Origin: Verrucomicrobiaceae bacterium
GTDB taxonomy: Bacteria; Verrucomicrobiota; Verrucomicrobiia; Verrucomicrobiales; Akkermansiaceae
Length of the DNA: 64,000 nucleotides
Direction: 5' to 3'
Assembly (NCBI GenBank): GCA_051252135.1
Contig: JBPOGH010000012.1
Location: 32,001 to 96,000 of the forward strand
The position numbers and the translations under genes were made by a program. Positions 1 through 9,337 of the stretch are shown piece after piece. The notes beneath the pieces were generated by a model. The model searched no databases. It saw nothing but the letters and a program-made list of their open reading frames with translations, and was not told where the DNA came from. Every line of letters begins with the position of its first letter. Positions within the stretch are counted from its first letter, which is position 1.

Positions 1-285
1 AACAAAGTCCTCGGACTCGATAACGAATCCGAGCGTAAGATCGCCATCGTCGGAGTCCCCGATGACAAAAAAGGCGAAGCCATCCTCCTCCTCTCCACCA
101 TCGCCGGCGAAGCACTCGAACAGGAAGCACTCGACATCCGCTACAAGCTCCTCGACGACGGCCTCCCCTCACTCTGGTGCCCCAAGGTCATCCTTCCCGT
201 CGACCACATCCCCGTCCTCGCTTCCGGAAAACTCGACATCAAGGCCTGCGAAAACCTCGTCGCTGAACTCCGCCCCAATGGGTAG
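1..285 (+). CDS. C-terminal fragment of an AMP-binding enzyme (Aas-like acyl-ACP synthetase/acyltransferase), truncated by the window edge
   Basis: Hand translation of frame 1 gives ...IAIVGVPDDKKGEAILLL...IPVLASGKLDIKAC...NG*, containing the GVPDxxKGE and SGKxD motifs of the AMP-binding C-terminal domain; TAG at 283-285. Confidence 0.8.
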   Translation, partial: NKVLGLDNESERKIAIVGVPDDKKGEAILLLSTIAGEALEQEALDIRYKLLDDGLPSLWCPKVILPVDHIPVLASGKLDIKACENLVAELRPNG

Positions 286-294
286 CGGCGGTCT

Positions 295-1218
295 ATGACC
301 GTCGATAATTCCCCCATCCGCTTCGACCAATTCATGGCCGACGCGCTTTACGGCCCGCGCGGATACTACACCTCCCCCCGCCCCATCCTCGGCCACCGGG
401 GGGATTTCACCACCACCCCGAAGCTCGACCAATCGCTCGCCACCGCCATCGCGGGCTGGATCACCCTCCAATGGAAGGCATTCGGAAAAACCCTCCCCGT
501 CATCGAGTGCGGCCCGGGAGATGGCACCCTCGCCCGCGACATCCGCGCCGCCCTCCCCTTTCTCAAACGCCGCAAGCTCGACTACCACCTCGTCGAGATC
601 TCCCCACACCTCCGCCAACGGCAAAAGAAAACCCTCTCCCAAAAAGGCACCTGGCACAGCACCCTCATCGCCGCCCTCGAAACAACCGGCCACCAAGCCC
701 TCATCATCTCCAACGAATTCTTCGACGCCTTCCCCGTCCGCATCTTCCGAAAAGCCGACCCCGGATTCGAAGAACTCTCCCTCCAGGGCACCGCAGAAAT
801 CTGGCAAACCCCAACCGCCCTCCCCTCCTCAACCCTCTTCAACCAAGACTGGCCCCTTGGCCAACGCCTCGAGGTCGCCGAATCCATCCGTGAATTCTTC
901 CACGAGGAACTCTCCTTCTTGGAGACCGGAGCCATCCTCACCATCGACTACGGAGGCACCCCTGAAGAAAACTACCACCGCCGCCCCCTCGGCACCCTCC
1001 GCGCCTACTTCCACCACCAGCTCCTCGCCCCACCCCAAGCCTACCAAAACCCCGGACATCAGGACCTCACCTTCGACGTCAACTTCAATGACCTCATCCA
1101 CTGGGGAAACGAAATAGGCCTCAACAAAACCTCCCTCCATACTCAGGCCGATTTCCTTTCTCAGCCCAACAACCTTCCCCTCCAAGCCTTCAAAGTCCTG
1201 GAACAAACCACCACCTGA
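295..1218 (+). CDS. SAM-dependent methyltransferase, MidA/NDUFAF7 family
   Basis: FDQFMADALY..GYY, GDFTT, ECGPGDG SAM motif, SNEFFDAFP, IDYG, QDLTFDVNF. Confidence 0.9.
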   Translation: MTVDNSPIRFDQFMADALYGPRGYYTSPRPILGHRGDFTTTPKLDQSLATAIAGWITLQWKAFGKTLPVIECGPGDGTLARDIRAALPFLKRRKLDYHLVEISPHLRQRQKKTLSQKGTWHSTLIAALETTGHQALIISNEFFDAFPVRIFRKADPGFEELSLQGTAEIWQTPTALPSSTLFNQDWPLGQRLEVAESIREFFHEELSFLETGAILTIDYGGTPEENYHRRPLGTLRAYFHHQLLAPPQAYQNPGHQDLTFDVNFNDLIHWGNEIGLNKTSLHTQADFLSQPNNLPLQAFKVLEQTTT

Positions 1219-1240
1219 ATTCCCTAATCCTCTTCAACCA

Positions 1241-2143
1241 ATGAAATTCGCCATTTGCAACGAGACCTTCCAGGACCGCCCCTTCGAGCAGCAATGCGAA
1301 GCCGCCGCCAGGCTGGGTTATTCCGGCCTTGAAATCGCCCCCTTCACCATCGCGCCGGATAGCGACGCCACCCGCCTCCATCCCTCCGTCGGCGAAGAAC
1401 TCCTCAAGGTAGCAACCAGCTATGGTCTGGAAATCATCGGCCTCCATTGGCTCCTCGCCAAAACCGATCACCTCAATGGCGGACGCGGCTTCCACCTCAC
1501 CAGCCCTGACGACCAACTCCGGTCCGCCACTCTCGACTACACCAGGCACCTCGCCGATCTCTGCCAGGCCATGAATGGAAGCATCATGGTCTGGGGTTCC
1601 CCCCAACAAAGAAGCCTCGAGCCCGGTTGGTCTGCCGATGACGTCACCGAACGCGCCGCCGACCTCTTGCGGGAAGCCGCCGAATACTGCGCCCCGCGAG
1701 GAATCACCATCGCCATGGAGCCACTCGGTCACCCCGAAACAAACTTCCTCACCTCCGCGCGTGAAACCGTGGAACTCCTTAAAAAAGTTGATCACCCGAA
1801 CTGCCGCCTCCACCTCGATGTCAAAGCCATGTCCTATGAGCTCGACGCCCTCACCCCAGTCTCTCCCACACCACACGGCACCACCCCCACCCGGCAGGAG
1901 ACCGATACCAACATGGGAAACATCGTCCGAGAATTCAAAGATCACCTCGCCCACTTCCACGCCAACGATCCCAACCTTCTCGGCCCCGGCATGGGTGACA
2001 TCGATCACACCGCCGTCGCCGCCGCCCTCCACGAAATATCCTACCCCGGCTGGGTTTCGGTCGAAGTCTTCCGCTACGATCCTTCCCCGGAAGAGATCGC
2101 AACTCAATCGTTCCAGTATCTTCAGAAGATTTATGACCGCTGA
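1241..2143 (+). CDS. Sugar phosphate isomerase/epimerase (AP endonuclease 2 TIM barrel; D-tagatose 3-epimerase-like)
   Basis: MKFAICNE, GLEIAPF, AMEPL..ETNF, HLDVKAM, HFHAND, SVEVF metal ligands. Confidence 0.85.
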   Translation: MKFAICNETFQDRPFEQQCEAAARLGYSGLEIAPFTIAPDSDATRLHPSVGEELLKVATSYGLEIIGLHWLLAKTDHLNGGRGFHLTSPDDQLRSATLDYTRHLADLCQAMNGSIMVWGSPQQRSLEPGWSADDVTERAADLLREAAEYCAPRGITIAMEPLGHPETNFLTSARETVELLKKVDHPNCRLHLDVKAMSYELDALTPVSPTPHGTTPTRQETDTNMGNIVREFKDHLAHFHANDPNLLGPGMGDIDHTAVAAALHEISYPGWVSVEVFRYDPSPEEIATQSFQYLQKIYDR

Positions 2144-2183
2144 TTTTTGATGCACTCTTTGAGAGGCTCGCTAAATTTAAGCC

Positions 2184-2903
2184 ATGGTATCCAAAATCCT
2201 TTGCCTATTGATCATCGCCCTCGCGCCCCTGGGCGCACTGACTAATCAAAGCCAACAGGCGGTTGTTGCCATATCCTCCGACTGGAACTCGTCATCTGCC
2301 AACCTCTTCCTCTACGAAAAACAAAAGGGCACCTGGGTGAAAATCGCAGGCCCTTGGAAAACCAGACTGGGAAGGACAGGATCCATCTGGGGTCGTGGTA
2401 TTCATCCGGTCCCTGTCGGAGCAGCCACCAAACGGGAAGGCGACAAAAAATCACCCGCCGGCATCTTTTGGATCGGAGGCGCTTGGGGGGACGCACCGGA
2501 TATCAGACGCCATCCCCGCCTTCCGTATCGAAAAGTAACCCCGAACGATCTCTGGGTCGAAGACTCCCAATCCCCCTACTACAACCAACACTTGGTATTA
2601 GAACACTCTCCACGCACGCCTTGGGAAAAAAAGCAGCAAATGAAGCAAAACGACTACGCTCATTCTCTGAAACTTTTCATCGCCCATAACGCCCCGCCAA
2701 AGCCGGTCCCCGGAGCGGGTTCGGCCGTCTTCTTCCACATCTGGCGCGGCGGGGGCTCCAAACCCACCGCAGGATGCACCACCATGTCAGAAGACAAACT
2801 CAAACAACTTGTTGGCTGGATCGACCCAACCAAAAAACCAATCTACATCCTGCTTCCCCAATCGGAATACACCGCTAAACGGGCCATGTGGAAGCTCCCT
2901 TAG
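2184..2903 (+). CDS. Secreted L,D-transpeptidase-like protein (YkuD fold)
   Basis: Signal peptide; KREGDKKSPAG; GSAVFFHIW...PTAGC (His...Cys catalytic motif). Confidence 0.85.
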   Translation: MVSKILCLLIIALAPLGALTNQSQQAVVAISSDWNSSSANLFLYEKQKGTWVKIAGPWKTRLGRTGSIWGRGIHPVPVGAATKREGDKKSPAGIFWIGGAWGDAPDIRRHPRLPYRKVTPNDLWVEDSQSPYYNQHLVLEHSPRTPWEKKQQMKQNDYAHSLKLFIAHNAPPKPVPGAGSAVFFHIWRGGGSKPTAGCTTMSEDKLKQLVGWIDPTKKPIYILLPQSEYTAKRAMWKLP

Positions 2904-4915
2904 TCTTCGTTTCGAGAGCGAAACTGCCTCAACAAATCATCAATCGCGTCCGCATTCTCCGCCAACCGGTCTTGTTGGGAAGGAGGAGGTGCCTGGGCTT
3001 GCCCTTGTGGAGGTCCAAAAGGATTTGGCGGCACCGCCTGGACCGGTTGCTGCTGGGGTTGAACTTGCTGGACTTGTTCCACCATCCCAAACGGACTTTG
3101 GCTTATTGGCGGTGGTCCCTGCGGTGCAGCCGGGGCAGGCTGCGGAGGAGGAACCGGGGAAGGGTTGATCGAAAATGGAGACGCTATCGGAGCTGCTGGC
3201 TGATCGGGCCCTGCCGTAGGTAGCGCTTGCTGATGAGCCGCATCTGATACAGGAGCGTTCGTAAAGGGAGATATCGGAGCCGGATTGGAGGGATAGGCCG
3301 GAACAGCTTCTGCCGGCGACGCGACCGGTTGATGACCAACCGCCTCTTGACGACGGGTGATCCCGGGGATCAATCGCTGAACCGGAAAACGACGTGGCAT
3401 TGTCACCCTCTTTACCGGAGCGGGAGGATACTCGACCTTCGGTGCTTTAACGGCCTCAGCTTCTCTTTCGAATCCCTGATTACCGGTCGATTCCGCTGCT
3501 GCCACCGCAAAAGGACTTGCTTGGGCAAAAGGGTTGGCACCCGGGGTCGGCTGACTCTGAACCGGGGCGGGATTCGCAAAATCCCCACCTTCAAGTTCAT
3601 CGTCCAACAAATCATCATCAATCTTTCGGGAAGGATGGGTTCCAAATCTTGGAGGGCTTACCCCTGCATTCTGATCAGGGTCAGGCGCGACTTCCGATGT
3701 TCCAACTGGCTGTTCGGCTGCCTCCGGAATGTATTCTTCCGATCCTGTGCTCTCCTCTTTTTCTGATTCCTCCCCGCGCGAAGCTGATAACTCGGACACT
3801 TCCTTCGTTGGAATCGCCTCATCTCTTCGATCCCAAAGATCACGCGCTTCCCGCAAGACACCACGGGGATAAAGATGACCGTCCTTGAAATCGATACGGT
3901 CGATAATCTTGGACGCCTCGTCCCCTGCCCGCACAGTGATCAAAGCCTTTGCCTCGTCTTCGGAGAGCGGGTTGAGTCGAACAACCACATCTTCAAGCCG
4001 ATCCCTCAACCCCAATGGCAAACGCGGCACAAACGCCGATTCCCAGACATCATCATTGACTGAAAGGATCACACTCAGGCGAGGTGCCGCCTCCCAAAGA
4101 GAGGTCAAACAACTGGCAGCCCGCAATGCCGCATCCGAATCACTCGAGAGTCCTTCCACTTCATCCAGAACCAGAATCACCGGCTCAACCAAAGTGATCA
4201 GATTTAAGAAGGACCCCAAACCCTCCAGGAATCCCGCTCCCGTGTGGAACCGACTCTTCGGGCCAAAAACCGCATCCATCAAATCTGCGGTCCGCGCCAC
4301 ATCACTTGGAGGCCGTATTGCATAATTGAAAAAGAGATCAGCCCAATAGCCCACATCGCGCCCGGATGTCCCGCTTGCTTTGCTCAGGACCGCAGAGAGC
4401 CGTGGCCCGAGTAAACCAAATTGCTCCCTGCTCCACTGGGCAATGGCCGCCCCCTCATGATGAAAATCAAAAGCTTCCGTCGGTCGATCCCTCAAGCTCA
4501 CCAATGCCCCATCACGATCCTGACAGGGGACTTCTCCGGAATAAACCAAAGGCATCAGACCTTGGGCAAATAAATTGCGGGTATGAAGATCGAGACGCGT
4601 CAATCCACCACCGGCCGGAAGAACCTCGGCCATCAACGTTAAAATTTCTTCGAGGATCACCTCCCCTTCCACACGTCGCCCATCGGCGAGATGAACTGGC
4701 ACAAACAGCGCCTGGGCCTGCCGGGATTGACGAAGGCGCGAGAGCAACATCGTCTTGCCGTAGCCAGCCCGCGGTGCACGTAAGGAAATCAACTGCCCCT
4801 CCCCGCTGTCCAGGAGGTTTGACAACTGCTGAAATTGCTCCTGATGAACTGTCTCAACTAGAGGTCCACGAGGAGGACCAAAAGACTCAAAATTGGATCC
4901 GAAAGGGTTAGGCAT
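2900..4915 (-). CDS. P-loop/AAA+-like ATPase domain followed by a long Pro/Gln-rich disordered C-terminus
   Basis: Walker A-like APRAGYGKT and Walker B ILVLDEVE; ATG at 4915 (TTG at 4921 is an alternative start). Confidence 0.7.
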   Translation of the reverse strand: MPNPFGSNFESFGPPRGPLVETVHQEQFQQLSNLLDSGEGQLISLRAPRAGYGKTMLLSRLRQSRQAQALFVPVHLADGRRVEGEVILEEILTLMAEVLPAGGGLTRLDLHTRNLFAQGLMPLVYSGEVPCQDRDGALVSLRDRPTEAFDFHHEGAAIAQWSREQFGLLGPRLSAVLSKASGTSGRDVGYWADLFFNYAIRPPSDVARTADLMDAVFGPKSRFHTGAGFLEGLGSFLNLITLVEPVILVLDEVEGLSSDSDAALRAASCLTSLWEAAPRLSVILSVNDDVWESAFVPRLPLGLRDRLEDVVVRLNPLSEDEAKALITVRAGDEASKIIDRIDFKDGHLYPRGVLREARDLWDRRDEAIPTKEVSELSASRGEESEKEESTGSEEYIPEAAEQPVGTSEVAPDPDQNAGVSPPRFGTHPSRKIDDDLLDDELEGGDFANPAPVQSQPTPGANPFAQASPFAVAAAESTGNQGFEREAEAVKAPKVEYPPAPVKRVTMPRRFPVQRLIPGITRRQEAVGHQPVASPAEAVPAYPSNPAPISPFTNAPVSDAAHQQALPTAGPDQPAAPIASPFSINPSPVPPPQPAPAAPQGPPPISQSPFGMVEQVQQVQPQQQPVQAVPPNPFGPPQGQAQAPPPSQQDRLAENADAIDDLLRQFRSRNED

Positions 4916-5002
4916 TTTCAAAACAAGGGGGTTTTCGAAAGCATAAGGACCGAAGTCTGGAGCGACAAGGGTTTACCGCCGGATTTAATATCCTCCCAGT
5001 CC

Positions 5003-6574
5003 TTACTCGCCCGGTTGGGTCAATTCTTTCCACAAATCATCAATCGAATCAACATTCTCCTCGGTCCCCCGATCCAGAATGGGCTCGATCCCGGTCTTCA
5101 CACGGAAATCATCATCGGGAAACTCCGCTGTTCCACCCAGCTTGACATCAATGACCGCAAATCCCCCTTCACGACGGGCGAAACCGGGATGGTTCTTCCA
5201 CTTTGGATCCCCATTGATAAATCCCAAAGAAATCCAAACCCGAAATCTTCCACCTAACTGGCCTTCGGAACTGATGAGAATATCACCCTCCATTCTCAGA
5301 TTCTTGTTCGTCATCTTGAGATTTTCAATCGCCCCTCCCTTTGGAGACCAGCGAAATACACCCGATGCTCCATCACTGAATACGAACTCATCGTCTTGTG
5401 TTTCGGGGAAGAGCCGAAGCAAATCTGCCAAGAGGGGAAATCGCAGAAGCTGAAGATTATCACTCTCAAATGGCAGCACAACCTGATCAAGTTGATCACT
5501 ACCCATGCGATACCGCACCACGCCATCGACATTCCTCACCGATCCCAGAAAAAATTGTCCCAGGTCTTTTCCCACAAGATAATTGACCGGAAAATTATCA
5601 GATGAAATCTCCAACTGCGACACTTCACCGGGAGTAAGCGAAAGTTTTCCCGCAACTAAAATAGAGTGCTCCAGCCCTTTCCCGGCCCTCGCCGGATCTT
5701 GCAAGCGGAGAGAAACCACATCCAACTCACCTGACGGAAACTTAATCAGGCCGTTATCAATTGAGAAATCTTCCCAGCCCTTCAATTGCAGGATTCCGTC
5801 ACCAACCGTAATTCTAAACCCCTCACCCGGGAGATGACGCAAGCTCACCTCGCCCTGTTTCACGCGCGCTTGTCCGTCCTTACCAAAATTGACATCCAAT
5901 CCTTCACAATAGTATCGCTGAAAATCGAAAGGAAATTCACCCGGTTCCAAATCCAGACCGACATCTCCGGAATCTGTCGGCGACTTAAGGGTCAAAGTCC
6001 CGAATTTTGCACCAAAACCCTGCCCTCCAAGACGGCCGCCCAGGAAACTGGTGACATTCACATCACCGGTCAATTTCCGGAGATGTAATGTGTCCAAATG
6101 GGAAGCATCCGGCCAATTGAAATCAGCTTGCTCCACTGAAATACTACCGGGAAATACGGTTGTTTTCGTAAATTCGGTCTCCGCTCCGGTCCAATCTCCA
6201 ATCCTCGTCTCCAACTTCTCTTCGTAGGACTTGGTGTTAAAAGCTAACAACAGGAATAAGCTCCCTAACAAAAATAACAGGAAAACACCAACCGAGAGAC
6301 TCACCTTAACCAATAAGGACTTTTTTTCCTTTTTGGGATCCTTGGCCTCTTTCTCCGGCTGCTCACTCCTCCGCTTTCTCCTACGAACCCTCCGGGCAAC
6401 TGTGCCATCGTCCCTTGTAACGATCTCGCCTTTCTCTTCCTTTTGACGCTCCCCTTCACGAAGGGTCCGCATAATTTCATCCAGGGAATAATTCTCTTGA
6501 GACTCCTGCCCCTCCTCGGGATTGGAATCTGACTCGGGGGAACGGCCTGGTTGCGGAGGCGGTACGTTGGTCAT
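5003..6574 (-). CDS. Membrane-anchored beta-rich protein, AsmA-like (tentative)
   Basis: Charged N-terminus, one TM helix (LSVGVFLLFLLGSLFLLLAF), beta-strand-rich body, C-terminal IDVKLGGTAEFP like AsmA-family ends; abuts the secretin gene. Confidence 0.55.
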   Translation of the reverse strand: MTNVPPPQPGRSPESDSNPEEGQESQENYSLDEIMRTLREGERQKEEKGEIVTRDDGTVARRVRRRKRRSEQPEKEAKDPKKEKKSLLVKVSLSVGVFLLFLLGSLFLLLAFNTKSYEEKLETRIGDWTGAETEFTKTTVFPGSISVEQADFNWPDASHLDTLHLRKLTGDVNVTSFLGGRLGGQGFGAKFGTLTLKSPTDSGDVGLDLEPGEFPFDFQRYYCEGLDVNFGKDGQARVKQGEVSLRHLPGEGFRITVGDGILQLKGWEDFSIDNGLIKFPSGELDVVSLRLQDPARAGKGLEHSILVAGKLSLTPGEVSQLEISSDNFPVNYLVGKDLGQFFLGSVRNVDGVVRYRMGSDQLDQVVLPFESDNLQLLRFPLLADLLRLFPETQDDEFVFSDGASGVFRWSPKGGAIENLKMTNKNLRMEGDILISSEGQLGGRFRVWISLGFINGDPKWKNHPGFARREGGFAVIDVKLGGTAEFPDDDFRVKTGIEPILDRGTEENVDSIDDLWKELTQPGE

Positions 6575-9076
6575 CTAGCGATTACGGTATGTTTTTCCGG
6601 CGGGATCAACTAGCTCCACCTGAACCAAAATAATAAGATTCTTTTTAATAGTGGAAAGGCCTTCTGAACGGAAAAATCGCCCAATGAGAGGCAGATTCTT
6701 GAGAACCGGAGTCCCGTCTTCAAACTTTTGCACCGTTTCTCTTACCTGTCCACCAATCACAATCGCCTGACCATCGGCGATCGTCACCGTGGTATTCGCC
6801 TCGATACTGCGGATAAGCGGCTTGAGAATTGCATTCGGAGTCACCTCCCCCACATCGGTAGTGGTTGTAAAACTATCGCCTCCAGCTCCACCTCCGGCCA
6901 AATTACTGACCACGCTGCTGTTTGAACCAATAATCGGAGTGCCGTAGTTTACAAAACCCAGCAAATCCCGAACACGCGGCTTCACGGAAACCTCGATCGT
7001 TCTCCTGTCAGCACTAACCGTAGGGACCACTTCCAGAGTCACTCCGAGCTCGGTCTGGAGGAAACTCGTGGGCGTCGAAGGGACAATCGGAACCGCGCCC
7101 GAAGCACTGGCACCTTCACCGGTAACCAGGTCGACAAAATCCGTGCTTCCCACGGAGTTGGGAAGTTCGGGGGGCTCGTATTCATCGGGATAGAAAAGTT
7201 CTCTCACCGACTTGATAACCGCATTCTGACCGGACCTTGTAATGACCTCGGGACGGGTCATCAAATCAACCCCCTTCTTTTGAGAAAACCCTCTCAGCAA
7301 TATCTGATGCAAGCTTCCACTGATAATCCCTTGAACTGAAATGGCTCCCGGAGCCCGGTTTTCACCACCTCCTCCGGCCGGAGGAATAATGAGTGTTGAA
7401 GTACTCGACAAACCGGCGGAACCCCCGGTGAGTCTTCCAGCCGGCAGCGTGGGCGGCTTTCGCGTCAGGAGGGAATCCAGACCTTCAACAGTGACTGCCT
7501 CGGAACCACTCCGGTTACCTGAAGTGACCGGACTTCCGGAGATCATATCTGCCAAATCGGAGCCACTTCCTACGGACCCACCCGCAAGATAGACTCCCCC
7601 TCCCACATTGATGGCATTCAGGATCTGATCGTATCCCAGCTCCTGGAGATTCTCATTTGTCACCTCAATGATACTCGTTCTCACGATCACGTTGACCGGT
7701 TCGGTCTCTGCAAGAGCGGAAGCAATTTGGGAAACCAAATCGAGATTGTCTGTCGTATTGCGAACTACCAAAGTGCTGGTGGACGAATTGTAATTCGCAC
7801 TCGAACCCTCGGGAAAGGTCACCCCCATCGACTTCAACTTTTCAAGCGCAGTCAAACGCCTGGCCAAAAGCGAGCCGCCTGCTGACGGTTCGGCGAATGG
7901 ATCATCGGTGTCTCCTTGTCCTCCGATTGCGCTACTTGTGAGGAAGTCCGGCGGCACCCGAAACTCCCGACGAATCAGCGACTGATCAGTGGCACCCAGC
8001 GGGCGGATCACGATCGCAAATTCATCAACCCGATACTGGGTCCGTGTCGCTTCGGTAACCATCTTGAGAACCTGCTCCAAAGGAACATTATTCACCTGGA
8101 GATTAATCCGCGCATTACGAATTTGTTGAACAAGGGGATGATCCTCACTCCCGAGTTGAACGATAAAATCGATTCCCTTCGGAACACCATCAAGATTGGT
8201 GGTGTCGTTTTGAACGGAAATACTTTTCAGATAATCGATCGCTTCAAAGATCGTTGTATCCTGCATGTCGACCACAGGCACATTGATCGACCGGAGTTTG
8301 AGCAATGGAGTCGAAACAGCCACCATTCCTCCATTGGAAAGGAGGCCGGCACCAATTTCCGGAGGTGCTTCCTGATGGTCCAAATTCTCCCACTGGGATT
8401 CGACATCCGCCATGAGCTTTGCCTTGGTCTGATCGCGGGCAGCATCCGTATAATCGGACCGGTACCAATTGACCCGCTCCATCCCGCGGCGGGCAGCCTT
8501 GTTGTATGGATCAACTCTCAAGACATCCTCGTAGGTCATTTGCGACCGATCGAATTGACCCAAATCCATAAACCCCTGGGCCTCATACAGAAGCCGGCGG
8601 ACCTTATCCACATTTGCACTGTGCTCCTTCGTCAACGCAGGGTTTGTGCGTATCGGATCGTCAAGCTTATCACGAAGCTGCTCCACATGAGGATTACCGG
8701 CATCAATTGTCTCAGCGTCGACGGCATCCAGGAGATCATTTGCAGTCGCGTAGTCTCCTGTCCGCGCAAGAATGCGAGCCTGCTCAACAGAAGCCTGGGA
8801 AAATCGTTGCACCGCAGCAGCGCGCAACTCGGCGGCGGCTCCAGCCTGCCGCGGGAGCGCGCCCACGGCATTCCGGTAATGATCAACCGCTGCCTTGAAG
8901 TCTCCCTCACGGTAGGAGGCGTCGCCCTGCACCAGAAGCTCGGAAGCATTCTGACTGGCTGCGGCCCGCTTTTGGACCTCACGATCTTCGGCACCACTTT
9001 GAGCATAAAGTGAACATCCGGACGTAAGAATCGAGGCGACGAGGAGACGCCTGGTAAAATATTTCAATCCACCCAT
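6575..9076 (-). CDS. Secretin (T2SS/type IV pilus outer membrane pore, Amuc_1098-like) with N-terminal TPR region
   Basis: Signal peptide, TPR-like helices, secretin core (PEVITRSGQNA, GVTLEVVPTV, DGQAIVIGG, PVLKNLPLIGRFFRS, NLIILV). Confidence 0.9.
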   Translation of the reverse strand: MGGLKYFTRRLLVASILTSGCSLYAQSGAEDREVQKRAAASQNASELLVQGDASYREGDFKAAVDHYRNAVGALPRQAGAAAELRAAAVQRFSQASVEQARILARTGDYATANDLLDAVDAETIDAGNPHVEQLRDKLDDPIRTNPALTKEHSANVDKVRRLLYEAQGFMDLGQFDRSQMTYEDVLRVDPYNKAARRGMERVNWYRSDYTDAARDQTKAKLMADVESQWENLDHQEAPPEIGAGLLSNGGMVAVSTPLLKLRSINVPVVDMQDTTIFEAIDYLKSISVQNDTTNLDGVPKGIDFIVQLGSEDHPLVQQIRNARINLQVNNVPLEQVLKMVTEATRTQYRVDEFAIVIRPLGATDQSLIRREFRVPPDFLTSSAIGGQGDTDDPFAEPSAGGSLLARRLTALEKLKSMGVTFPEGSSANYNSSTSTLVVRNTTDNLDLVSQIASALAETEPVNVIVRTSIIEVTNENLQELGYDQILNAINVGGGVYLAGGSVGSGSDLADMISGSPVTSGNRSGSEAVTVEGLDSLLTRKPPTLPAGRLTGGSAGLSSTSTLIIPPAGGGGENRAPGAISVQGIISGSLHQILLRGFSQKKGVDLMTRPEVITRSGQNAVIKSVRELFYPDEYEPPELPNSVGSTDFVDLVTGEGASASGAVPIVPSTPTSFLQTELGVTLEVVPTVSADRRTIEVSVKPRVRDLLGFVNYGTPIIGSNSSVVSNLAGGGAGGDSFTTTTDVGEVTPNAILKPLIRSIEANTTVTIADGQAIVIGGQVRETVQKFEDGTPVLKNLPLIGRFFRSEGLSTIKKNLIILVQVELVDPAGKTYRNR

Positions 9077-9156
9077 ATCGTAGGAGGCTTCGGTATAACG
9101 GGGATCAGCCTCTACCGTAAGCCGAAAATTACGAAAATTACCCCTCTTCCGCCAAC

Positions 9157-9300
9157 CTATTGAAATGGCAGTTCGAGCTGTTGATTCGAATTCGGCTCCC
9201 GCAGCCTCAGTGTCCGCTTAAGACTCCACACTCCCCGACGCAACATAACAAGCTGCCAACGCATCCAGACCAATTTCACTTTCCACTTTATCGTGTTCAT
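9157..9300 (-). CDS. Small 47-aa basic protein ending in a clamp-binding-like motif QLELPF (below the ORF track cutoff)
   Basis: Hand translation MNTIKWKVKLVWMRWQLVMLRRGVWSLKRTLRLREPNSNQQLELPFQ*; fills the parC-secretin gap on the same strand; promoter-like TTGTAA-16-TAAAGT ends 6 nt before the ATG. Confidence 0.6.
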   Translation of the reverse strand: MNTIKWKVKLVWMRWQLVMLRRGVWSLKRTLRLREPNSNQQLELPFQ

Positions 9301-9337
9301 GGGAACACTTTATTGGATCGCGATTCCTTTACAAGCC

